A stretch of 58,820 nt of DNA. Origin: Basidiobolus meristosporus CBS 931.73. Its lineage: Eukaryota; Fungi; Basidiobolomycota. Position 1 is the stretch's first letter. Each line of letters opens with the position of its first letter. A model generated the notes under the pieces. The model was not told where the DNA came from. It worked only from the letters and a program-made list of their open reading frames with translations, and did not search any database. The stretch is from assembly GCA_002104905.1 (NCBI GenBank), contig MCFE01000555.1:1-58820 (forward strand), written 5' to 3'. Shown here piece by piece: positions 34,531 through 46,329 of the stretch. Made by a program: the position numbers and the translations under genes.

Positions 34531-36692
34531 CTACTTGGATAGGTTTCCTGCCGCCATCTTCAACCGATCGAGCTCGGTGGCCATGATCCTTCTAGTGGAC
34601 GAGCTGGTTCTTCCAGTTGTCGGTGAGCCCGGCGCATTCCCCGGTGTAGGTAAGGCCCCGGATGACGCTCTTCTTGTGATTAGAGATTGGAAGAAATTGG
34701 CAATTACTTCGTTTTGATTGGGCCCAGCTCCTCCATTGACAGGCAGCGCGGTGTTGGAGGTAGAGGGCGAGGACGGGAGACTGCCAGAGCCTGGTGATCC
34801 AGGTCTGGTTCCGCTGAGCGAGGAGCCAAGTCCATGCTGCTCCTATAAACAATGGTTGATGATCATCCACATATTTGGAATTTAATATAAACCACCTACT
34901 TTAAGCTTCGCAAGTCTTGCTAAGCGGGCCGCGACATCATCTGAATTGCTACTGGTTGAGTAGCCAGGATTGGATAAAGGTAATCCCGGGCCAGTGGGCT
35001 CTGCCGTGCGCTGGAGAACTTCGTAATGGCGTTCCAGGAACGCTTGCTCATCCTCAGCGATGATGGCCGGATTCATCACCATCGCCTTCACACCCAGAGA
35101 ATCTTAGTTTGAATGCGTAGCTCGCTATTGGGATTTGGAACTAACCTGGTCAACCGAGGACAGGTTCTTGACAATCGATTCGAAATAAACTTTGGCGCCG
35201 ATATCTTCCGCACTATCGGGGTCATTTTCATCACCATGAAGATCCTTCTCGAAGCCCTTGGACACTAGCTCGCAATCAAAGCCGTCTCTCAGAACCTTGA
35301 TCTTTCCCCAACTATCCCATCCAGAGGGTACGATTACGAGATCCCGTTCAACAACCTGGGCTCGTGTGTTGAAAGGAAAGGTGGTATGTACAAGGGTGTT
35401 GGAGTTTTCCGAGGGGATTCCTAGCAGACGATGCAGAAGGTATTGACGTAAGGAGGCCAAGGTCTCCGGGCGGTGGGAGGAGGTGTAAAACAATGCAGCG
35501 CCGTCTACAAATCAAATGTTACCCTTAAGTTCTGGAATGAGCCCTACGAAACAACCAACATTTAAGGCACAAGGTGCGGAGTGCTTGCTGAATAAAGTCA
35601 AATTGCTCCTCTTTGTAATCCATTTCCCTTTCATGCAGGGCGGTCACATCCGACTAATTAAGCAGTTAGAGGGGGATCTCGCGAATAGTCATTCAGAACA
35701 AGTGGCCCTACCTTGGTACAAGCCACCACAATGGGAATCCCAAGGTTGGTAGTAAGACAGCCAGGTCCTAGCGGAAGTAGAACATCACTGTTCATCGACG
35801 AGGTAACCGTGGAGTGAGGTACAGCAGGAGAGCCGCTTGAGATTGACGGGTCGGTGTATTCCTGAATATATCTTTCCACTAAATGACGGAAGGCACATTA
35901 AACATACTGCGATGCACCATTTATGTAGAGCTACATACATTTTTCTTTCGCTTCGTCGATCACAAACTTCCCATATGTCCATTTGTCTGGATTGTCGCTT
36001 TTGCTATCCCCTCCCTCTGCTTTGACACTTTCAACGACTTCCTCAATTAGCTTGATCCATCGTTCGAAGGTCTCGATGAATGTCCATGGCTTCGACCAAT
36101 CGAGAACAATGACAATGAGCGAGCTGGAGAAGGTGTTCGCATTCAAGCTAAACCGGAGGAGGTCATGGTATGAGTTATCTGAACCCGCTAATTGATAAAG
36201 CCCAATGCGCGCGATGGTTTCTATATCAAAATAGATAAGCATCAGTCTCCTAGTCTACAGCTGCTGTAATGTGACTTTGCAAAACCTTCGTTTTCGTCGT
36301 CCCTAACGTCCACAAAAGAATATGAAAGCGCAAGCTCATTCTTCTGGTCGATATCCCTCTGGTCTTCAGAGGTATCGGTGCCCACGGCTATACCGTTGGT
36401 CTGCCCACCAAGACTATCATCTGGTGCGCGTCGAAGATGATTGACCAGAGAAGTTTTGCCAGAATTCGAGTCACCTAGTGGTTAGCAAAATTTAGATAGT
36501 TGTCTATATTGGAAACTACACAAAGGCTTGGCTCGCCTTCGTGGCGATGCCAAGTCGATACGCACCCAAGATAATGATATTCTTGGTTTGGACAATCTTA
36601 TTAGATGCTACATTCTGCAAGATTGTGGACCAGATTTCTTCGTTCTCCTCTGGCAGGGGCTCAGCTTTTGGGTCACCATTCACCATGGCCAT
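34531..36692 (-). CDS. Cytoplasmic dynein light intermediate chain
   Basis: IWSTILQNVAS..KNIIILG|DSNSGKTSLV (P-loop); IVLDWSKPW; NLGIPIVVACTK; IVPSGWDSWGKIKVLRDGFD; EDEQAFLERH. Confidence 0.92.
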
Positions 36693-37092
36693 TGTGACGA
36701 GAAAAGGTATATAAGAAAGTTACACCAGGTGAAAGAAAACTAGGCGGAGTGCGAAAGGATGGATAGTGGCTTCTTGTTCTTTTACAAGGACAACGAATTT
36801 GGCTCAAATGGAGAATACAGAAACTTGTTGAGGAGGTGCAGGACTCAACTTCACCCTTACTTCGCCTCTTTCCAAAATACCATGGATTTGGCCAAACCCC
36901 TTATCACGTGAGAGGCTAGCGGGATGTGCTGAATTACATCAACTAGTTTAGTGGAGCATAGGGCAACCATGGCATTCACATATTCGACAACAAATGATGA
37001 TGGTTTCGGAAATCTAGATGATTTCCCAATCTTGCCAATATTAAAAGAAATTTGATCTTACAAGAAAGCCGACAATAAACGCTTGACGGAAT

Positions 37093-39978
37093 ATGCTCAG
37101 GTCGTTGTTAACTACAGAGGCGAGTGTTTTATTTCCCTCTGCGCCACAGTCACAAATAGGTGCAGTTTTGCGTAAGCAGATCCCACTCGCTAGAAAATGC
37201 TCTTTACGATTCCATTTGATTTCACAACGCCGCACAATTACCGCCAGCCAGAAGGCACGAAGCGTTACTGAAGTGGCTGGATACAAGCCCCTTCTACCTA
37301 CCAAAAGCCTCAGTATCCAGCAGAAGAAAGCCCGTACACAAAAGGAGTTGTTGGAGATATTGGAGCAAGACCGCATTGAGATACTTAGCACGAGCGATTT
37401 ATTTATCCTTCTCAAATACCTTGTCGCCACTCAACCCTCGCCCGAAGCGCTGCAACTGAAATCCCGGAAATTACTCGACGCTATTCGCCTCCGCAATGCA
37501 GACACTGACTTTCGAACCCTCGAGCACTTGTCGATTTTGCTCGAGTGCTACACTAGGTTGGGCTATTTTCGAGAGCCGACAAAGATAGCGGAGAAACTGA
37601 AAGCAATCAACCTTCCCGCTAACCCCGCGTTCTTCTCTACCCTGCTACTGGTCCTGGGACGGCGGGATTTCGGTCAAGCGTTTTCGGTATTCAAGACGCT
37701 GCTAAACGAAAAGGAGCACCTCGATCTCGATAGTTTTATTACCATGACAAAGCATTGTGGGATGTATCAGAAGCTTGATCGGTTGGAAGAGGTAGAGGGC
37801 ATCATCAGAGAAATGAAATTTCAGCCTCGCCTGAAGATCTACTCGGCGTTGATCTTCGCCTACTCCAAGAACAATCAGATCGAAAAGTGTTTTTCGTTGC
37901 TGGAAGAGATGAAAAGCTTCAAACTGCAGCCAAGCAATCGCATCTACACTACACTGATCCGTGGATGTAGGGCCACCTCCATGCTAGACAAGGTGGATCT
38001 GCTGTACAGCGACATAACTCAAGCGCAGTCTCGATCAGACATTGGTGTATACAATTCGCTGATTTCATTCTACGCTCATTCGAACGTGTCCAGAGCAGTC
38101 CAGGTGTTCCGAGAGCTCCCTGACCGCGGCCTAGTGCCCGACCTGTTCACTTATTCATCCATGATCCACGGCTTTTGCAAGCACAAGCAGCTTGACCAGG
38201 CATTGACGTTATACTACGAGATGCTCCATAAAGACATCCAGCCCAATGTGGTAATCTGCAATACGCTGATCGATGCTCACGCCAAACTTGGGTTGGTGCA
38301 GAAGGGCCTCAGATTCTACCAGGAGATGGCAGTGCGGCGCATCCCTCCCGATGTCCACACCTACAATATCCTGATCAACATGTACGCACAGCATTCAGAC
38401 CTGGCCAGGATGCAGGACATGTTCCAAGAGATGCTGAGTCAGCACTGCCGTCCTGATACCATCACATACTCGACCCTGATCTCCGGTTACAGTAAAAATG
38501 GTCAAATGAAGCTTGCCGAGTCGGCCTATAGCGAGATGCTCCAGAAGAGACTGGTCCCCAATTTGATCACGTATAACACGATGTTGCATGGATATGGGCT
38601 TGAGGGAGACACCGCCAAGATGGAGTCTCTTTTTGAAGGGATGCTCGCAAACAAAGTCTCCCCCAACAGGATGACTTTCGATATTCTGCTCAACGCTCAC
38701 GCAAGGCACTCCCGCGTGGACGAAGTGGCTGCAACGCTCGAAAGGATGAAGACCTGGGGGGTGAGTGTCGACTCGGCTGCCTATGATTCCCTGGTTGGCG
38801 ATTCGGAGAAGGCACAGGCAGCCTCGAAAGTGAAGCTTTACGACTCGGTAGAGAATTGCAACCGAAGGATACGAGAGTTCATCGCCCGAGGGGACATGGA
38901 CGCGGCCAAGAATCTTTACGACGAAATGAAGCAAAAAAAAATCTTTCCCGACACCGTCACCTGCAACACGTTGATTTTCGGGTGGCTTTCTGGTGGATGC
39001 TTTTCAGAAGCCGTTGCCTTCCTTGAAAAAATGAAGGAGGACCGCATACTGCCCGATAAAATCACCTACAACTCGTTTGTCACCGCATATGCCAGGGCGT
39101 CAGATCCCAAATCCGCACTGCTGTTCTTCAACAAGATGCGCGGCCTGGGGATTGTGCCAGACATCAAAACCTTCAGTAGCTTGATCCATGCTTATGTCAA
39201 GTGCGCTGATATGGACAGGGCACAGATATTATTCAGCCAGTTGCTGAGGAGCCGCATCAAACCGGATATGATGATCTTCAATATTTTAATCAACGGATAC
39301 GCCAAGCGCCACCAGATGCAGAAGGCCCTCGATACGCTCAGTCAAGCCATACGGATGGGGTGTAGCCCCAATTGCGAGACGTACAACGGGCTAATTGACG
39401 GGTATTGCAAAAGCGGGAATTTTACTCAGGCGCTGGCTATGTACCGGGAAATGAAGGCGAAGAGGATACCTGAGAACTCACACACCTTCTCCATCATCAT
39501 GAACTGTTTCAGCAGACTTGGGGAAAATGAGGAGGTGTTGCGGATCTGGGAGGTGACAAAGCGTCAAGGGTTCGCCAACCACGAGCTCAACCCCGCTATC
39601 ACTGTGTTGTTGGATTCATGCGGGTTCAACTCAGACCTGCGTACACTCCAAAGTGTATGGAGCGCAGCCAAGCAGGAAGTTCCTCTGGACGAGAACAATT
39701 TCAATTCCTACATTGAAGCACTGTGCAGGCTAGGGGCGTATGAACATGCGAAGAAGGTGTTCATAGAGGAAATGCCTGGGGCTGGTATCCGGCCATCCTT
39801 GAAGACATGCCAGACACTACTCACTCAGTTGAGGTCCAAAAGAAGGGTGGACGACGCAAGCGTGATCACCCGACACATACGAGCCCGGTATCCATCGCTC
39901 TACGATGGGCTGGGGACACTTCCCAAGAACGACTCTAGCATTTCCATTCCCAAGCACCCTTACACTCCACAGAACTAG
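37093..39978 (+). CDS. Pentatricopeptide-repeat protein, probably mitochondrial (961 aa, intronless)
   Basis: About 16 canonical 35-aa repeats (e.g. PDLFTYSSMIHGFCKHKQLDQALTLYYEM); basic Ser/Arg-rich N-terminus without acidic clusters. Confidence 0.95.
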   Translation: MLRSLLTTEASVLFPSAPQSQIGAVLRKQIPLARKCSLRFHLISQRRTITASQKARSVTEVAGYKPLLPTKSLSIQQKKARTQKELLEILEQDRIEILSTSDLFILLKYLVATQPSPEALQLKSRKLLDAIRLRNADTDFRTLEHLSILLECYTRLGYFREPTKIAEKLKAINLPANPAFFSTLLLVLGRRDFGQAFSVFKTLLNEKEHLDLDSFITMTKHCGMYQKLDRLEEVEGIIREMKFQPRLKIYSALIFAYSKNNQIEKCFSLLEEMKSFKLQPSNRIYTTLIRGCRATSMLDKVDLLYSDITQAQSRSDIGVYNSLISFYAHSNVSRAVQVFRELPDRGLVPDLFTYSSMIHGFCKHKQLDQALTLYYEMLHKDIQPNVVICNTLIDAHAKLGLVQKGLRFYQEMAVRRIPPDVHTYNILINMYAQHSDLARMQDMFQEMLSQHCRPDTITYSTLISGYSKNGQMKLAESAYSEMLQKRLVPNLITYNTMLHGYGLEGDTAKMESLFEGMLANKVSPNRMTFDILLNAHARHSRVDEVAATLERMKTWGVSVDSAAYDSLVGDSEKAQAASKVKLYDSVENCNRRIREFIARGDMDAAKNLYDEMKQKKIFPDTVTCNTLIFGWLSGGCFSEAVAFLEKMKEDRILPDKITYNSFVTAYARASDPKSALLFFNKMRGLGIVPDIKTFSSLIHAYVKCADMDRAQILFSQLLRSRIKPDMMIFNILINGYAKRHQMQKALDTLSQAIRMGCSPNCETYNGLIDGYCKSGNFTQALAMYREMKAKRIPENSHTFSIIMNCFSRLGENEEVLRIWEVTKRQGFANHELNPAITVLLDSCGFNSDLRTLQSVWSAAKQEVPLDENNFNSYIEALCRLGAYEHAKKVFIEEMPGAGIRPSLKTCQTLLTQLRSKRRVDDASVITRHIRARYPSLYDGLGTLPKNDSSISIPKHPYTPQN

Positions 39979-40673
39979 CATCCACTTGTTTGTATGAAAA
40001 ATGACCAAATATACAATGCATGCGCTTCCAGCATATTCAGTGAATCGAATTCTAGTGTTCTTCATTACTAGTAGCTTCTATTGCATATTCAGCTCACCTG
40101 CCTCACTCGATAGGCATTGGCGGATGTGGGGGGGCCCGGGTTTGAACTACGTTTGCTCAACGCGGTCGTGCAACACAGCTGGCCAATTCCCAAGCAAACC
40201 ATTTCATATAACCGAATCTGGCTATCTGCAGGCGGAGTATTATGTCACAATATCGAACCAGGGCTAGCAGAATGCCGAAACGCATTCCCTGCACTACAGC
40301 ATGATCTTCAGTTTTGTGACTGGCCTGGCCAATTTGGTTATATAAAGTGACCCAAGGCCGTTTATATACAAGTTTCCAGATTTACATTGGGTGCTCATAG
40401 ATCAATGAGGAGAAGTGTATCTAGCACTGCCTAATACGCCACCCACCAGGCAGTCAGAACGCCAATGTAGAGAGTGGGATGTCGGACAGCCGGAATGGAT
40501 TGCTGGACCTGACCAAACCACCGACCTTTCGATTGTTGTGGCATGAATCAATTCTGGGAATATTTCCCCGATTTCGTAGCGGCTGTACTGTAAATCGAAT
40601 AAGGTGGTTGGGAATGAAATTTTGGCTATATAAGCAATAGGCTCCGCCACCTAATTAGTAACTTCAGCACAAC

Positions 40674-42605
40674 ATGGTTCAACTCTCACGATCACTCGCC
40701 CTCCTCTGCCTGACCATCCCTCTCCTGATCACCTCCAGTTCCGAGGGTGCTTATGTCTGGCCAAGGCCACAGAAATTCTCCCAAGGTGACTCCACCATCA
40801 TGGTTTCCAGCGGAATCGAGTTCCAGATCCAAGGCAAAGGCAGCTACATCGGCATCGCCAAGAAGGCGGCCAAGCGCTACCGCGAGACGCTGGTCAAAGA
40901 AAAGTGGACCCCGTACGTTTCCTGGGCCCCGACACCCGTCGACTCATCCGGCGAGGAGATGGCCAGAAAGAACATGATCCCAGTGAAGAAAAGCAACGCC
41001 TGGCTGAAGAAGATTGTCCTGCAGATCGAAAATGGCAACGCGAGCCTTGGCCTGGATACCGACGAGTCCTATTCATTGGATATCCCCCATCGCAATAAGA
41101 ACAACAAATCGGTGACTGGAACCATCAAATCCAAAACAGTCTTCGGTGCCCTTCGTGGCTTGGAAACCTTGAGTCAGCTAGTCAACTACGACAAAAGCAT
41201 AGTAAGTCCCTTTTGCTGCATCCTGCCCTTCGCCCGCTAACCCGACATCTAGGGCAGATACATTTCTTACGGCCCTTGGCACATTGAAGACAAGCCATCC
41301 TACAAGCACCGTGGCTTCATGCTGGATGTCACTCGAAACTGGTTTTCCGTAGACGAACTCAAGACCCAGATCGATGCGTTGAGCTGGAACAAATTCAATG
41401 TCCTGCATCTCCATCTTTCTGACGCCCAGAGTTTCTCCCTTGCATCGGAGGTAAGCATCCCTGCAAACCATGCTGCAACCCTATGCTGAGCGATCTGTTC
41501 TGGCCTAGGTTTATCCCCAGCTCCGCGCAATGGCTTACGACAGATTCCAACCCGGTATGATTTACACCAAGAAAGATATGCTGGATCTGGTGGGCTATGC
41601 ACTAGAGGTACTTTTCCGAACCGCTCGTTGCCGCCATTTCCACATGCTAACAATGAATGCGTCATCCAGCGTGGCATAAGGATCATCCCTGAGATCGAAA
41701 TGCCTGGACATGCCTACGCTACTGCATTGCCATTCCCAGGAATGATGGTCTGCGCAAATGTCCAGCCGGTGTGGCGAGCCATCGACTACCAACCACCCAG
41801 TGGCCAGTTCGACGTGACACAGGACATCACTTATGAGGTGACGGAGAATCTGATCAAGGAGGTCGCTTCTTGGTTCCCAGACCAATTGATCCATACGGGT
41901 GGAGATGAGGTGGGGATGCGTTGCTACAAGGAGAGCGAGGTTTTCCAGAAGAATCTCAAGGAGAAGAATATGACGGTTGTGCAAGCTATGCAGCACTTTT
42001 ACGACAAGGTGGATGAGTATGTCACCAAGGCTGGCAAGCGTCCAATTGTCTGGGAAGAGGCTTTGCTAAACAAGGACCTCAACCTTACCATTCCAAAGCA
42101 CTTCATCGTCCAGCAATGGACCGGAAGTAAGAATACCAAGGTGATCGTTAGTCAAGGGCACGACATCATCCAAAGTGGATCCGACTACTGGTACCTGGAC
42201 GTGGGCCATGGACGCCATGCCCCAGGATGGGTCGACTGTCCAACCTGTGACAAATATCGCACCTGGCAAAAGATTTACTCCCACGACCTACGCGCGAACC
42301 TCACCGAAGCTGAGGGTATCCATGTTCTAGGTGGGGAAGCCGCCATGTGGACGGAGCAAATCGATTCCTACAACCTGAACGTTCAGATGTGGCCCCGTGC
42401 TGCCGCTGCTGCAGAAGTTCTATGGAGCGGTTACAGCGCCATCAACTATACCGATATCTTTGGCTCTGTGAAGCGTGCTTTCCCCAGACTCAATGAATGG
42501 CGGTACCGTATGGGCGGTAGAGGGATCAAGGGCGCAGCGATTGCTCCCCTCTGGTGTGTCAAGCAAATGGGATGGTGCGATCTTCCTGCCGGCTACGAGG
42601 CGTAG
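40674..42605 (+). CDS. Secreted beta-N-acetylhexosaminidase, GH20
   Basis: Signal peptide; GH20b domain ending GALRGLETLSQL; HRGFMLDVTRNWF; IPEIEMPGH; catalytic HTGGDE; VLGGEAAMWTEQ; WPRAAAAAEVLWS; three introns. Confidence 0.95.
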
Positions 42606-42764
42606 ATTTAGACCTCCTCGTGATCCCCTTTTTGTGTTCATCTCTCTCTATACCTCGTACAGATATCTTCCTTATATATTGACCCGATCAACGAATAAAT
42701 ACAAAAGTTCTTTTATTCTGGAATAGGGGAGCAGACAAATGGATGGGTGGGGGGGAATGTGGCT

Positions 42765-44237
42765 TCAGATGTCCGGAAGTGTGCAACCGTCCGACTCAGA
42801 CTCGGAAGTTACTGATGGCCTCTTGACAGGTGCTGCTTTCGAAGCTCGAGCCTTGGCTACACTTGACACATCATGAGAATAGACAGCTAGTGCGTGGGCA
42901 ATACCCCGAGCGTTCACTAGAAACGCGTAATGGGCCAGATTTTCGGTGGTGTCACAAGCCTGGTGGTAGCACGGGTCTAAAGCTACGCCCGCCTTGCCAC
43001 CGAATTTCCTGGCTTGTTCTTCGGTCTTGATTTTCTCGGCACCGGTGTCAAGGCCACCAGATGGGATCCCCACTGCGGCGAATGGTCCCACATCAGTCCG
43101 GCTGTAGGGTACCACGCTGCTTTCGTAGACCACGTCTTTCGCTTCGAAGTGATCCTCGAAGAGTTTCGTGATCACTTCGGAGCCGGCAGGTACCGGGAGG
43201 CCGCTGGAATCGCCGTTGTAGGTGCGGATGATGTAGTTCGGGGAGGCCACCATGTCGAAATTCAGCACCACGGCAACGTTGTCGATGTCGGCTTTCCCCA
43301 TGGTCTTCACATAATGCTTGGAGCCTAGCAAACCGAATTCCTCACCGGCCCACCACCCAAACCTGACCTTGTTTCGGGGTCGCAGGTCCCGGAACTGGTA
43401 CGCTACCTCGAGGAGGGCCGAGCTCCCGGAGCCGTTGTCGTTGATCCCGGGCCCTGCACGAACCGAATCCGTATGCGCTCCAAGTAAGATCACATGGTTG
43501 GGATCCCCGCCCTTCGTTTCAGCAATGATGTTGTACGTCTTGCGATCCTCGCGTAGCTCCCCAATGTCTATGGTGGCCTTCACCTTCCCTTTCTTCAACA
43601 AGTCGATCAGCGCCCTGCCAACCTCCTGAGAGACACCGCCTGTAGGGATGGCGGAGGTGCCCTCGTTCCCTAATGTTCCTCTCAAGCCTCCGGGTGAGTT
43701 GTTGTAGATAACTGCGGCCACCGCCCCATGCTTCGCTGCGTTCACCGACTTGTCGTTGAAGGCGCAGCTGCCACGCTCGATCAAGGCGATTTTCCCATTT
43801 AGGTTGAGTCCGGCGAAGCTCTTGTTGTTGCAGCCGGCGGCACCCTTGGTGTCTGGGATAAGGATGAGTGGGGCGGTGAGACCGCCGGCAGGGGTGGAGG
43901 CGGTCGACCTCATGGCGCCGATTTCGTACCCCTTCCCAAGCACCTCCAACTTCTCCGCGGTGACCTCGGAGTATGGGGCGGTGAACTCTTGCAAGGTGAC
44001 CTCATATCCGGCGTCCTTCACCAGCTTGTGGATGTAGTCCAGCGTGAGTCGGTGCCCCTTCGAACCGAACACCCTGGTGTGGTTGTTTTGGTTGGCGAAC
44101 TTCTGCAAGTTGTCCGTGTGTCGAAGCAGCCCCTTGAGGGTGATTTTGTTTTGAAGCCACTCCGACCGTAGCCCCTCGTACTGTGAGGCCGTGACCGCGG
44201 TGGCGGCCAGGGCAAGGATGGCGGTAGATGCTTTCAT
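42765..44237 (-). CDS. Secreted M28 aminopeptidase with PA domain (aminopeptidase Y / Lap2-like), intronless
   Basis: MKASTAILALAATAVTA signal; PA motif GKIALIERGSCAFNDK; Zn ligands GAHTDSV, GINDNGSG, GEEFGLLGS, LNFDM, YHQACD. Confidence 0.93.
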   Translation of the reverse strand: MKASTAILALAATAVTASQYEGLRSEWLQNKITLKGLLRHTDNLQKFANQNNHTRVFGSKGHRLTLDYIHKLVKDAGYEVTLQEFTAPYSEVTAEKLEVLGKGYEIGAMRSTASTPAGGLTAPLILIPDTKGAAGCNNKSFAGLNLNGKIALIERGSCAFNDKSVNAAKHGAVAAVIYNNSPGGLRGTLGNEGTSAIPTGGVSQEVGRALIDLLKKGKVKATIDIGELREDRKTYNIIAETKGGDPNHVILLGAHTDSVRAGPGINDNGSGSSALLEVAYQFRDLRPRNKVRFGWWAGEEFGLLGSKHYVKTMGKADIDNVAVVLNFDMVASPNYIIRTYNGDSSGLPVPAGSEVITKLFEDHFEAKDVVYESSVVPYSRTDVGPFAAVGIPSGGLDTGAEKIKTEEQARKFGGKAGVALDPCYHQACDTTENLAHYAFLVNARGIAHALAVYSHDVSSVAKARASKAAPVKRPSVTSESESDGCTLPDI

Positions 44238-46329
44238 GGTGGATCTAGTGATTATTACCAACCGGACCACTCCATCTGACGAAGGAAATTTATACCCCTC
44301 AGGTCTCAAGTGATCTTGGTTGGCTACTTACGCGGGGCGAGAATTGGTGGTAGAATACCGGTTGATTTGTCACAAGTCCAATTGTACAGCATGACGTTCG
44401 GTTTCTGGTGGTCACATGATCCCAGGGGGCATCAGACATTGCTAAGTTACGGTGGCAATTCAATTAGTGATCTTGATTCCTTTCATAGTTCCCATACAAA
44501 GGTAGGTCATCAAGCCAAGTGACATCAACAACCAATCCAATGTACCTCATGTGATGTGGGATCTCAGTTGCGTATCAAGCTCCCTCACACCAAATATAGG
44601 GGAGATCATTTCCGCCCATCATGCTTTTGCTACTAATAATCCTCATGAATGATGCCATGGAGAGCTGATTCTTCATCTGGTAAATGTAGAACAAATGCCT
44701 TTCACTGCATTTGCTTTAATTTAAAAGACAAATTGCTAATTCAATGCTCAAGAGCAAAATGGCAAAGAATGCCCAGATGGCACTAGAAGACACCTACCAT
44801 TGATGTGCAGTTGCTAAGGAAATGTATCTCAGACAAAAACTCTTCACTACAAAGATGCTCCCTGCAGAAGAAATGGAAAATTTAATTAACAGAAATACCC
44901 TGTTAGTTGATGAGATGGAATCTGTGAGCATATAAACTACTGATGAAGATGTGATAGTTGCCATCCTGAATAGCCTGATAGACAAGCTTCAGGGCCACAT
45001 ATCAGCCATAGAGTCCAGAACTGAAGATTTGACCTTAATTTACACTTCCAGTAGGCTTCTGGAGGAATTATGAAAATCAAGTTTCAATAAGAAAGAAGAA
45101 ATGCTTCATTAAGCAATTCTAACCACTAAAGAAAGTATACAAGGCCTTTCAAAGGCAACAGCCACCTATTTTGTAGATACTGCAAAAGGAATGGATGCAC
45201 ATCCAATTGGTGCTTCAAAAAGCAAGATAATCAGCAGAAAAAGCCTGAGAATGAATTTACTGCTAGAACTGAAGATAGACTATTCATATCCAAACTAAAT
45301 ATGACTGTATGCAAGGACTCTCAGACATGGAATATTGACTCTGGAGCAACTCAACACTTTACACACCAAAAAGATATTTGTATCCAATATCAAAAAATTC
45401 CATATGATAAGGTTCTTATGGGCAATTATAGAACACTTGATGCAGTTCAACAGGGAATTATCCAAATACACCACAGAAGCGGCAAAGAATGCATACACCT
45501 ACCTTCAAAGTAGTATTTTATGTACTAGAAATAGCCAAGAACCAACTATCTGTAAGCATTACCATATTGGAAGGACTCAGCTTCATTTTGACAATTCCAT
45601 ATGTTGGATCACTGCTAAAAATGGTACCCATATTGCTTAGAGTATTAGAGATTAGAATCTATCCAAGTTGACTTATATTCTATCATATCTGGAAGCCAAT
45701 ATAAGTAACTTTACGGAATCACCAATGCCTTGGTACAGGAGACTTGAATGCATCAATTTTGATTACTAGAGGAAAATGATCAAAAATCAGCTAATTTCTA
45801 GAGTAAAATTGATCCCCCTGCTAATTTGGATTACTGTGAAGCCAGCATACATAGGAAACAAGCCAGACATCCATCCAACAGCTCTGGGTTAATCATTACT
45901 AATAAAAGATAGATCTAACTCACTCAGATCTGTGTGGACCGACACAAAACTTATCTATGTTGTAAGAGTCTTGGAGATATTGGAAGTGATTGGGAGAACA
46001 AGTAGATTATGTGGTTTTCACTTAATGATTTATTGAATGTAAAAGTAGTATTTATACTTTTACCTGGTCTTGGCATTACAAACACGTAGAGTAGGTTAAG
46101 GAAGGTCCCAAGAACATGTGTGCAAAGTTTGGGGCTGTTTGGACAACTTTGAGAATTTTCATGTTCTGGGTACCTGGTATTTTGGTGTAAATATTCTAAG
46201 TAAATCCCAACAAGGAATTTTGGTCAGTATTCTCTAGGATTTGAAGGTGATGATCTAAGTGACTAAGTTAGGTGAATATTTAGGTGGAAATACGAATTTT
46301 TTACAACACTCCCACTCAGCTAAATGCTC

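Noticed and set aside
36995-37075. C-box-like ATGATGATGG upstream of the PPR gene (U14-like start)
   Set aside because: No D box, no terminal stem and no rRNA-complementary guide found downstream.
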